64,000 nucleotides of DNA, taken from contig NW_020844752.1 of NCBI RefSeq assembly GCF_003704095.1, positions 1-64,000 on the forward strand, given 5' to 3'. The notes under the pieces were generated by a model, which was not told where the DNA came from, ran no database searches, and worked only from the letters and a program-made list of their open reading frames with translations. Shown piece after piece: positions 12,401 through 23,678 of the stretch (its first letter is position 1; the number at the start of each line of letters is the position of its first letter). The DNA comes from Pocillopora damicornis (lineage: Eukaryota). Position numbers and translations under genes: made by a program.

Positions 12401-15400
12401 GTTGCTCAGTGACAATGTCGACTCCTTTCTTCCGCACTTCTACGGCAAACTTACGAGCGAGCTCTTCACTGTACAGATCAAGTGTCGTTACAGTGGACAA
12501 TTGCGTCCACTTGTATCTTTCAACCAGCTTAGCCAGAGCTTTCCCTTGGAACACATCAGAAGCGCATGTGCGAAAGAGGTGTGGATAATTCTTCTTGTCT
12601 GATAGTAGCGCAGACGTGGAAGCGTACGACATTTGAGGAATATTCTTTTGTTTCGTGGCTTCAGCAATTGCGATGGAACAGGCCGACCTGGCTTCTCCGA
12701 TGATAAGATCCGCGTCGTCCGGAAGATTCTGAAAGAAAAGACATAGTGGTCGACTCACATAACCAATACATTAACCAGCAAGTTAGAGATGACAATAAAT
12801 CATCTCATCAGCTGTAGGGTGATATCTTTATAAAAACCATTCCGAACTAATTCACAGAACAAATAAGCAATTAAAGCCGACAACCTAACGGCGAAAACCT
12901 TGACGAATTGAGTTTAAGTTATTATCCTACCTGTGCTGCACGTCGGCAAGTTTCCGCATTTTCTCCTCCATCAACAAGAACATAGCTAAAGGCCACCTTG
13001 AAAGGGCCCGTATTTACGAGCTCCACAGCGATCCTGAAGGCTGCCTGCCACTCTAGCCCCAAGTCCCTTAACGGCCCAAGATCTTCATGAGTTGGAAAGA
13101 AAGCGGCGATCTTGTAAGTTGGTCGATCTTTGCCAGGAATCCTTGTCACGCCACCAGGGAACACTATATCTCTTCTCAAACCGATTTTCTTTGTTTTGGA
13201 GTCGTACTGACCGACCGTAATCCAATTGTTACCCTGAAGGATCAAGAATATTCTCGCGTTCAACAATTAGATTCAAGTTCTTAAGACATCGTATTGTTTA
13301 TTTCGTGTGCATATTTTTTTTCCTCCACGTTATTTAAATGGCCGTTTTGTCATTGACAAATTTTCATCACGTTGGATTTCTATGGAAAGTTTGTTCCATC
13401 ATTTGTCTGATATGTGGTATAAGTTTCTCCTTACGAAGTTTTAAGTGTCCTTTAACCTTCACGATTTCAGTTTTTTGGAAGTTTCTCGTTGACATACTTC
13501 ACAGGGTCGTGTTAAACCTCTCCAATCTCATATATGCTTCTCTCCATCTGCTCATGCTTACATATTGATGTCTACCATCAATGGGAACCTATCATTTGAA
13601 GATTTCACTCAAAACTCCCTTAAAACAACATTAAGTACTTACCACAAGATTAACAACATCGTACAGAGGAGGGGGATCTTGATTCTGATCGAAGTACATC
13701 ACATTGTTGGTACCAGTCGCGCTCGGATATCCTGAACTGAAGTCATCAAATGTTCTTAACTTCTGATACAGTTCGTCTCTCACAGTCTGCACGTCTGATG
13801 TTCTGCTAATGACTTTCTTATTGACCAGGTCTGACAGAGCCAGAGCCACACCATGTACTGCATCAAACAGCTGCGCAGTGAATGCCGCTGACATGGGAGT
13901 CTGGATGAACAGAGATGCAATAACGTAAGTAAGCAAAACTGATAACAGTTTAAAAAAAACAAATCACATCAACCTTTACAATTTTCCTAAAACAAAGGTG
14001 TGGTTGTAGAGGATATTATCAAGGATGCATGTATAAATTAAACGCCTCTTTTCCCCGAGAAATTTTCCTGTTTATCTGTTTTTACTTGAAGTAAAATTCA
14101 CTATTCTTGTGATGGTTTCAACGAAGTTTGAGTGATGAGACCCCAATATCAATGTGATTTTAATGCAAAGGATACCAACTAAGCGAGACGAATTATACAT
14201 TTATATCTGTACTACTTACACTCACCGGCTTACTGTGTACAATTCCAGGATACGTTGTGGAGTCTTTCTTGAGCCAAGCTGCCAGAAACTTCAAATAAAT
14301 ACTTCCCTCTCCATTCTTCGGCTGTGTTCCTATCATACCTTCCATAGCCCGTTCCAAGTCTTTCTGTTGGTTGAAAGTGGAAGAGGTTGCACCGTCGGTT
14401 CCAATCCACACCCAGCCTTTACCCGTCATGCCTAGCTCTTTGATCTGTTGGAAGACCGTCTCAGCATCCTGACGAACCATGCTGATGAGGTGGACTTTTG
14501 AACCAGACGATTTCAGCTAGAAAACGGAAGACAAACTGGTAAGATATAATTCATGGTATGGCAAGAAGGACAAATAGCTGAACTATGAAATTGAACTTTT
14601 TGAATGTGTTTACTTTCTTAATGAAATTTCAGCCGGGTCAAATCGAGGAAACTAATCTCACAGTCGTATGGCGATTATAATTGTCTGCACCCCAAATTTC
14701 AGGCCGAATCGAAAGGCTCAATTACCTTTTGTATTTTTGGTCGGACGGTGGCTGCTCGTGCATTTACATCGAACCGTTGACTGCTGACCACACTGACCGG
14801 CACATCAGCCATGCCTGTGACTTCTTTTTCAAACATGTCCGCAAGATCTTTTCCGTAAATATCGTTTGTAGCCACAGTGCCGACCTCCGGGAACATGTAC
14901 TTTCGGAATAAAGCTGAGAGAACGGCAGCTTGATGCACATCAGATGGGCAAGTCCTAAAGAAATACTTGTAACTGGTCTTGTCCGAGAAGACGGACGAAG
15001 TGGAGCCATAGGAGATCTGAGGTATTCTGTTGGTTGAAGTTCCTGAGAATGGAAATAGGAGTAGGAAAATGAACCCTTTACACCATAACATCAGTATTCA
15101 TATTCTCCATACTGTTCTCTAGACATTTCCTAAGGCGCTGACAAGAAGAATTTGACTAACAATCAAGAGATTCTTTCGTTGGTGATCATTTCCTTTATTC
15201 TCCTGACCTTGATGTTTGATTTAGGGATAATGGTAAGGAGAAAGTAGATGCCAGTCACTCTTAGACAGTACCACACAAGGTTACAGAGGAAAAACCATTC
15301 ATTAGACACCCACAGGTTGAACAGATAAGTCCTTAAATGAAGACACCACATGTAAAGGTTAGAGGGCATTTGCTTCGGTCGTTAGCAAAATTGTTGTCCC

Positions 15401-18400
15401 TTATATGCAGGTATACCCTGAAAAGAGGAGTCTTAATAGAGTGGTTCTATTATCATACATCTCTGCAAGTAGAGAGGGGTGGAGGCGGTATACTCGCGCC
15501 CTCTGAGTAACCGTCAGCAGAAAAGGCTAGATATAAATTCAGTGCTGGCTGAAAATGCCATGGACAGATTCCTTTCTTCGTGATTGCCTGTCTTGTAGCA
15601 GTTACACCCCTCATCAGTGATGTGTACTTTTTACTAAATAAAGATAATGTACCAAGTATACTGCGAAATCAATGGACTGTTGTGGAACTCACCTAAAACA
15701 GTAGCAGCGGCTTGAGAGCATGAAGAACGATAAGCACCAATAACAGCAACGACGCCGTCTTTCGCAAGTTGATCAGCCGCCGCTCTGCACGAGGAATTAG
15801 CATCTACACCGCCATCTTGAATTTTGATATCGAAATCCACTGCCAACGTTGGGTCCTTGTTCATCATCTCCACAGCAACGCGAAAAGCCGATTCAAACTC
15901 TTTACCGAGTTCGGACAGTCCTGCCAAATCTGGGTGAATCGGGGCGATGAAACCGATTCTAAACGTCGTCTTACCGGGTAGTCCTTTGTCAGTTGGTGGA
16001 ATTTTGGTATTGCCTGGCCAAATGATGACATCCATTCTTTCGACTCCGATGGTTTTGTTCCATTTCCCCACCTTTTTCCAAAGCTTTCCCTGAAGGAGGC
16101 GGAACGAAGTGGTTATTGCCTTTTATCACTAGCTAATAGCAATCGCTTATAGTTTGTTCTCGAGAATTGGAATTGTTTATCAATGAAGATTCATTACAAA
16201 TCAAGGAGTACCAGACAAGTTATATAGGAGTGAGAGTGGATGCGCAACTGTATTTCTAGAAATACAACTGCGGTGGTATCATAACCTGATGTTAGGTGTC
16301 TAGAATATTCAAGGGGCTGCTGTTAGTGATTTGTTTTCCTACTGCTTAGTGATCAAGTATCTGTGATAGAGTACAAGCGAGGGTTGTGAGCAGGATCCAA
16401 AACATTCATCGACAAAAAACAATAAAATATGGAATGAGAAAAAAAGACAGACTCGGTTGATTCTAACCTGAAGATTTCCAACATCATATCCTGGAGACTC
16501 GAAGTAAGTGGGACCTTACGAAGAAAAGAAAGCTGATCAGTTTTCCCTCTTACCTTCAGTACCTATCATGTACGACTGGAAGACTCTCACCGGTCGTGAT
16601 AAAACAATCGCTATCGAGATCGTTAAATTGATGTATTCTGAACTACTACTCCGTTTTCAAAATCTGAACGCTGTACGAAATTGTAAAACTTAAAAAACAT
16701 GATATTGGTTTAATGTTCCATCCTTATGAATCTCTGTCGTACCTTGAGCACCGACAAATCCTGTGTTTTTATTGTTGAATTTCTTCAACTCATCAAAGAC
16801 CACCTTTCGTAACGTTGACGTAGAGTCGCTCTGCGAAAAACGAAGAAGAGGGAAGAAAAAATATTAATTAACTCCACTAAGATTGAGCGCAATGCATTAC
16901 TTCCGATATTACCCCGAGAATAACACTGTATTAACCGATGAAATAATATTGTATTTACCGAAGATATTTTGCCTTGTCTTGCTAATCTGTCAAAAGCCAA
17001 GTAATAAGCATAAACAGCATCAAACACTTGTGGGACATACACGGACGTCCAAGGCATCTAAAAGGTGCAAAGAAAAAAAAGCTATTATGACTGGAGTTTA
17101 CAATGGTCAAACCCCTAATTAATACATTACACGCAGAGAGAGATGCATCAATTGATAGACCCCACTTTACGCGATTGCCTTTAAATGAAAGGTAACAAAA
17201 TCAAAAGGCCAAGCAGTACAGAGTTAAGTACTGCAAAGAGTAATCAAAAATTCAAACTAAATACAAGCAAATTTCCCGACTGAAAAAATTAACCCGGTTG
17301 CGATCGATTAAGTGAGAGTTTCCTGAATCAAACAAAACGCACAGTAGAGCGAACCTCAAAAATCCCACGTTATTATTTTCGACGCTCAACTGAAAACCGT
17401 TGTAGAGTAGAGTAAGAACAACCCGGCACGAAATTTTTCAGCATTAAACATATACTGCCCGTATTCAGACGTACATTGTCATAAATAATTCCTGGATACT
17501 GTTTCCTGTTGTCTTTGTGTTTCATCCACCTGAACAGCATTCTGAGAATCCATTTTCCTATCCCTCCTATAAAAAGAGAGTGAAATAAAAATTGAACGCG
17601 GTGAAGGCAAATTAACCTCAAGGAAGGATAACACCTCTCTCAGTCGATCAAAATAGGCTTTTTGCTTTTCGATGTACTCGACCTGCAGCTTGAATTTTGA
17701 TCACGTACCTTTGGGCATAGTTCCCACAGTTCCTTGCATTGCTTGTGTAGCTGTGCTCTGATTGGTCGGTGGAGTAGCCAGGACACCATCACTTCCTATC
17801 CACACCCACCCCTCCCCAGTCATACCCTGCAAGGAAGGAAGTATAGAGACACGCAAGAACAAATTAAAAACATGATAAAATAATCTTAGCCACAAAGCCC
17901 AATTGGTGACCAAACTCTAAAAATTGATATGGATATTCTCCACACTGTTCTCTAAAAATATTCCTAAAGTACTGACAAGGAGAATTTAACGTTTAACCCT
18001 TTACACCCTAACATTAACATGCATGTTCTCCATACTTTTCTCTTTACATTTCCTGAGGTGCAAAGAGAATTAGTTTCAAAATTGAAAGAGTCTTTAGTTA
18101 GTGATCACTTCCTTTATTCTCCTGACCTTAATGTGTGATTCAGGGGTGATATTGAAAGGAGAAATTAGATGCAAGTCACTCTTGAGGGTCAAAGGGTTAA
18201 ATGTGAAATCTCTTGTAGGCTATCATATCCCTTTTTCTCATAACTTTAATGATTGATTTATCTGTGATTCTGCAAGGAGAAATTGGATGTTAATCACTCT
18301 TTGGTGTTGAAAGGTTAAGACAATATGGTTAATATTAGGAATCAAAGAAGCAAACGTCCAGCGAATGTTAGAAATCTTGAATCTAACGACAGTTGAATAA

Positions 18401-21400
18401 CAACCGAAACAAACATCACTAAAATGACTGTAAGTCATCACTCTAAGTCACCTTTGCTTTTGCAGCTTTAAATATGGCGCGGGCTTCTTCTGGTAAGGCA
18501 AACACGAGGTTAACTCTCGTTTGAGCATCTTTTAGCTACGAGATTAAAACATAAAAAACACTTAAGATCAAAATAACAACAGCTTGAGAGAAGAAGTAAA
18601 GAGCTTTAATTACGAAATAAACAAATGTGCCATTTCCTACGCGATTTTGCGATGATCTCATGCTAATCCCGATAATCAGGATGCAAAGTATAATCCCGGT
18701 TGACAATCAACGACTCTCAGCGAAAATCCAGAAGGAGGGTCTTATAATACGTGACCAACATCGTTAGGTGATAATTTGTCAGGGTGGAGAGAGTGGGGGT
18801 CCAATAATAAGCACATCAATAATCAAGCGTTTTAGGTATTTTCACACCTTAGATTATTTTAAAGTGGATTTACACAACAGAAACAATCCGTTGAGAAAAA
18901 AATCCAGAAAGAACAAAAGATAAGAGTTTACCTTCAAAGAGAAAGCAATTCATTTTGGCACCAATCTGTCCCGATAAAGACAGTCTGTGTTTCCAATTGT
19001 GACTAATTTTAGCTTTGGTCAAGTTAAAACTCGTTTATAAACAACGATGATGCAATTTCAAAGCCATTAACACCATTTCAGGGTGGTAACAAGACGTGTT
19101 GTGTAACCATTCGACTCTTAAGTAAACATCGATTACTTGACAAAACAAAACAGTTTTGAAATGACAAGCTGCACAAACCACATTGACTTCGCTAGAAAGG
19201 TTTCCATCAAAACTTTGACACACATGCTTTAAATGCCATTTCGGTGTATGCTTTTAAACTCCACCCTTCAAATACTAATGTCAACAAACCATTTTGATCA
19301 AAATAAAAGAAAGTCCCTCACCATTTGAACTTTGCTGTCTATATCTCCTGAGGTTGCCATAGCTGGTAATCGTGCAGATGCATGGATTCTAATTCCTTGC
19401 AATCGCGCAGCTGTTTCAAAAGCATCAGCCAGGTTTTTACCATACCCGTCAGACGTAGCAATGGTACTGACCTACGTGGTAAGACAAAAGGAACTATTAA
19501 GGAAATGAGGGAATGTTTGCAATTTCGGACAACAAGCAGCCTCAACCCAAGGAATTTTTTGTTGGTAATGCAGAACATTTAGAAGGTTGTGGGGCGAAAC
19601 TCGTGTCTACTATATGAAAAAAACAAAAAAAAATGATGTATCATTTATCTTAGAAATACAATGTTAGCAACATTTTAACTCATTCATCCACGCGTTTTAT
19701 GTAGATGTAGCACTTACCCTCTTCGCGTACCAGGTTCTGGAAAGAATATACTTATCATTACCCGAGAATTTCTTAACTCAATCCTTTAAAACTTTTCTGA
19801 TTGTTTGACGGAATAGTTCTTAGATCAAATTATATTACCATTATATTCGCCTCAAAAAGAACAAATTCCAAGTGAGTAGGGGTAAAGCTTAGTTAAAGGA
19901 AAAATACTTCTTTAAACGTAGAGTTAGGCAGAACCAAGTAGAGGACATAACCATTTATGAATCAAAAACATGCAGGGAGCAACTCACTTCGGGTTCTAAG
20001 CAAAGCCATTACTAAGACTAATTCCACGGCTGAGTTGTACCCCACATATTCAAACATGCTACACTTAAGACAACGAACTTTACATGTACCTATTACAACG
20101 CATCTCCATTTACTCATGAATTATTTTTTGGTTGAACCGGGCCTGTTAGCACGTAGTAAAGGTGTTCTAAAGCAGACGCCAAGTTGATACTTACTCGTCT
20201 CCAGTTAAAAAGAGTCACCAACCCAACCAAAGCTTCTGCCTGGGCAACGTCACTGGCGCACGTTCTGAAGAATCGAGGATATTTCTTCTTATTGGACAAC
20301 TCTGCTGCCGTTGACGCATAAGATATCTGAGTCATGAACGGCGCTAAAAGAGAGCCATACAAAAAAGACTGTTAATGTAAGACAGTTCACCCCCATCGTA
20401 GCCAGCTATAAATCATTTTTTATCAAATATACGTTAACACATTTGTCGGGGCGTTTTCACTTTGTCTTCACTTTCGACGCCACTTTCTTAGGTCACAATC
20501 AAACGTGTTAACGCTAGCAAAAACGTGTCTGATGTTTCACGATTTCATCGCCTCGTAAAAGTCGACATCAGGTTGTGTCACTGACACTTTCTGCTGTCAT
20601 GCACTATCGTTACGTGAAGTAAAAGGGGCCAGTCTTTAACACTTTATTGTTGTGCCTTTCTGCTCTGTCATCTCACTACGCTCCTTCTTATGTTTGCGTC
20701 AGTTAACTGCAACTTTCATTAAGGGGAAAGAAACTGATTAGGGGTCCGGAGAGCTCCAGATCAGGGAAGGTTTTCCGTAACCAAATCGACTTCGAAAAAA
20801 AGCTTTAACTATTTATGATCTCTTGGTAAAACTGCATCTGTTATAAGCTGATAAAGTTTTTCTTTCAAGTTGTTGCAGCGTTACAGCGAAACATTTATAC
20901 GATGGTTTAAATTGGCACAACTGTCTTCCAATGTGTAAGTGCGATAAAATGAATATTTCAACTGTAATAAAATGTTGTAAATGGTTACATCCTATTTAGC
21001 TGCGTGAATCATACGCATACCATGTGATTCTTCTCTCTCAGATACCAGCACAATAATTATATTTCAAAATCAGAAGTACAATTCGGTGCCAAACAGTTTA
21101 CTTCTACGCCTTTTCTTAAACAAAAGTTTGCGAATAGCGAAGACTAATCAGGGAAAGAACCAACATTCGTATTTAAAATTGACACGCACGGTTACAAGAT
21201 GTGTCCTGATATCAAAACGAACTGAATATCTACGAATTTTTTCGCTCACCTTTGTCTCTGAAGTATTGATGAGATGCTTGGGAACAAGAGGAACGCATTG
21301 CTCCAACAACTCCAACAATGTCTGGATCGGCCGCTAGCTCCTGTGCAGCGATTTTACAGGTCTTTGATGGATTGGTGCCGCCATCTTTGATCATGGCTAT

Positions 21401-22710
21401 AAGGAGAAACATTGTAAACATTTAGAGAAGTGTGAAAAAGACCCCTTAACATAGCGCTACTACATATTATTAAGCTAAAATCATTTTAAAAGAGATGGTC
21501 CCTCTTTATCTCTAGATAAAAATGCGAATTTCATTGTAACAACACGCAACATTCCAGGTTGCTTTCTTGCCCATACTTGGCTACATGTTGGGAACAGTAG
21601 GCAGAAAATTTGAGAGTGCAATGATGCTTACAATACGTACTAGAACGATTATTAAGAAATTCATCTTTAACTTTCTACTCTTAATGAAATCTGTTTCAGG
21701 ATGTCTAGAACGAGACTATATCAGAGAAGAACAGTTATAAAAGTAGGCAGCCACTTAACCCATCATGGGAATAAATCAATAAATATGTGTATCTTCTAAT
21801 GTTCAGTGCTTGAACGCTCTACTATAACTCGATTAATAATTGGGTTGATTAATCTAATTATTCCCCAGATAATTTCAAACATAATTTCCCTGCTTTGAGT
21901 ATGCCAAATTTAATTTGTTCCTTTTTCTCAAAATGAACCTCACTCTTCAAAAATTTTCTAAGGAGAAACGTTACCTCACACACATAACATTATACCCTAA
22001 ACCATTCCCAATAGAGAAAAGATGAGTGAAACCAATTGATGGAGACCTCTCGGCCTTGTAACGAAAGAAATGTCATGGTTTTAATTAGGAAAAAGGATAA
22101 CCCTCACTCAAAAAAAGCGAGAAAGATCGCCAATTCTTGGCGCGCAAACACAAACGGAAAGGATCGTGATGGGATTGCTTTGTTCTAAAGTTTAATTCCC
22201 TCTCAAGCGTGTTCAAGAGTATAAGTAGGTGTTTTAAGCCAATTTACCACAAACAGTATAAAGTGAATTCTTACTTTTAAAATCCATCGAAAGTCTTATT
22301 TGACTGCCAACTTTCGGCTTGACAGCCTCTTCATTTATGACTTCGATTGCTACCTTGAACGCCGAGCTCTGAAAGTACAAAGCAATTAGGGTGAGTTTCA
22401 GGAACGTAGCAAACTGCTGGGTCACTAATAATCCTCAAGTAATAGGTAATAGCAAATTACTAACCAGTTCTTCTCCCAGCGATGCCGTGGCTCCAAGAGA
22501 GTTGTCTAAAGCGCCGATAAAGCCCAACTTGATAGTTATGTTCTTGGCTTCGACAGGTTCTGGGAACAAAACGGAGACGAAGGGATGAGGAATGTTCAGA
22601 AAATGGTTAAGTTCTTCGAGACCGCGTTTCAGAAATGGCAAAAGTGAAGCTTTAGATACTGGATTTAGAAGCAGACAAAGAAAAATGACTGCAAAAGTCG
22701 GCGCGTTCAT
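9431..22710 (-). CDS. Single-pass membrane protein with three tandem Venus flytrap (ANF_receptor/LIVBP-like, class C GPCR-type) domains, ~1395 aa, 23 exons
   Basis: Exons, all GT-AG and phase-compatible with no internal stops: 22710-22465, 22368-22275, 21396-21250, 20343-20195, 19471-19322, 18535-18452, 17826-17709, 17566-17475, 17057-16959, 16830-16743, 16514-16468, 16089-15693, 15042-14726, 14516-14226, 13900-13643, 13233-12931, 12728-12354, 12009-11926, 11582-11367, 11105-11016, 10522-10248, 10089-9924, 9532-9431. Signal peptide MNAPTFAVIFLCLLLNPVSKA. The motif set AFxxAxE / GxxRSxCS / QxSYxST...FRTCxSD / MTGxGWxWIGxDG / QxxDxV / Ix(W/F)PG occurs three times. TM GGIIALGVVFGTFAVAMGTFIAYLIY; tail REKKGKPSFGPQVFRQ...KEPIT*. 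Confidence 0.9.
10574..10917. other. Assembly gap (intronic; preceded by a poly-G run)
   Basis: Run of N. The flanking exons join in phase and align with the other repeats, so no exon appears to be lost. Confidence 0.95.
12127..12283. other. Assembly gap (intronic)
   Basis: Run of N. The flanking exons join in phase (YLKE|IKKA). Confidence 0.95.
13125..15970 (-). other. Venus flytrap domain 2 (approximate limits)
   Basis: TFRIGFIAP...GAYRSSCS...PQISYGSTSSVFSDKTSYKYFFRTCPSD...NDIYG...WIGTDG...AQLFDAVHG...IVFPGGVTRIPGKD. Confidence 0.85.
15070..15263. mobile_element. MITE copy (intronic)
   Basis: AACCCTTTACACCATAACATCAGTATTCATATTCTCCATACTGTTCTCT...GTCACTCTTAG matches the 7801/17993/28621 family. 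Confidence 0.75.
15990..22540 (-). other. Venus flytrap domain 1 (approximate limits)
   Basis: ITIKLGFIG...GAMRSSCS...QISYASTAAELSNKKKYPRFFRTCASD...SDGYG...WIGSDG...PQVFDAVYA...IIWPGNTKIPPTD. Confidence 0.85.
17993..18200. mobile_element. Full-length TTAA-flanked MITE, preceded by a partial copy (~17915-17990)
   Basis: TTAACCCTTTACACCCTAAC...GAGGGTCAAAGGGTTAA: TIR CCCTTT/AAAGGG bounded by TTAA. Confidence 0.8.
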
Positions 22711-23678
22711 GACTTGTAAAGAGACAGAAATGAATACAGTGAGGAACGAAAGGTAGGAAGGCCTCGAGCTGACGTGTTTACACTATCACGTTTCAAAGTA
22801 ACTTTACGGTAATACTATTTCTAGAAGACTCCAGTTCAGACCGGTAAGCTTTATCGATGGGGTAATGCTTTCCACTAACAAAAACAAAATGGTTAATTAT
22901 AGGATGGACAAGCAATGTTTAAAGTTTGATTTCCTGAGGTATTTCCTATTTGTTGTCATCCAAAAATCTTTTTCAGTTTGAACACTTGCTGAGCGAAATT
23001 TGAAGGTCTTTCTTGTGGGGACCCCAAGTGACTTTGTAGTACACTTTATATTATTATTTGATGGTGAAATAAGAAATAACTATTGAGGATTACATGGAGC
23101 CATCCCTAAAAACTGACACGTGAGGAAATTCTTCACAAGAGAAGTTTGACTTGTGAGTCACATCAATGGAATGTTATCCTCCCTTAGTAAAGATTTGTAG
23201 GAGTAGAAATATGGTGACTTTGCAACATTGAAAATACGAAAAATCAAATCATTTTTAACTGTTCAATTCAATGAACCTCAAGTGAAAGTTTCAAGCCGAA
23301 TAAAAGTTGGACCTTGCCCAATTAACGAGCCACCCTGAAAAGAGAGCTTTAATAAGCTTAACGCAGTCAACTACTGTGAGACAAGTACCCTGTCTTCTAG
23401 AATACAACCCAACAGATTACAAATAGTGCGCTGTTACATTGAATCTTGTTTAACACCTAGTTGAAGAACTCTATAGGCACTACAAAAACCAATTCCTTCC
23501 CGTGTGTCTCTAAAATTGTCTAGAAATGATTAATTACCCTTTGTGTTCAGGCGGCACGCAATGGGTCACCTTTTTTACTACAGGCCATCGCTTGCCCATT
23601 CTACAACACTTACCAACTTTAACTGCTGCAAGAACATATAGAATAAGAGAAATCTTCGCGAGAAACATTTTGTGAGAT

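Larger units (their letters stand above)
10260..13120 (-). other. Venus flytrap domain 3 (approximate limits)
   Basis: TYKIAAFFP...GEARSACS...PQMSYASTSALLSDKKNYPHLFRTCASD...LDLYS...WIGTDG...AQVYDSVLA...IVWPGGSLNTPSD. Confidence 0.85.
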
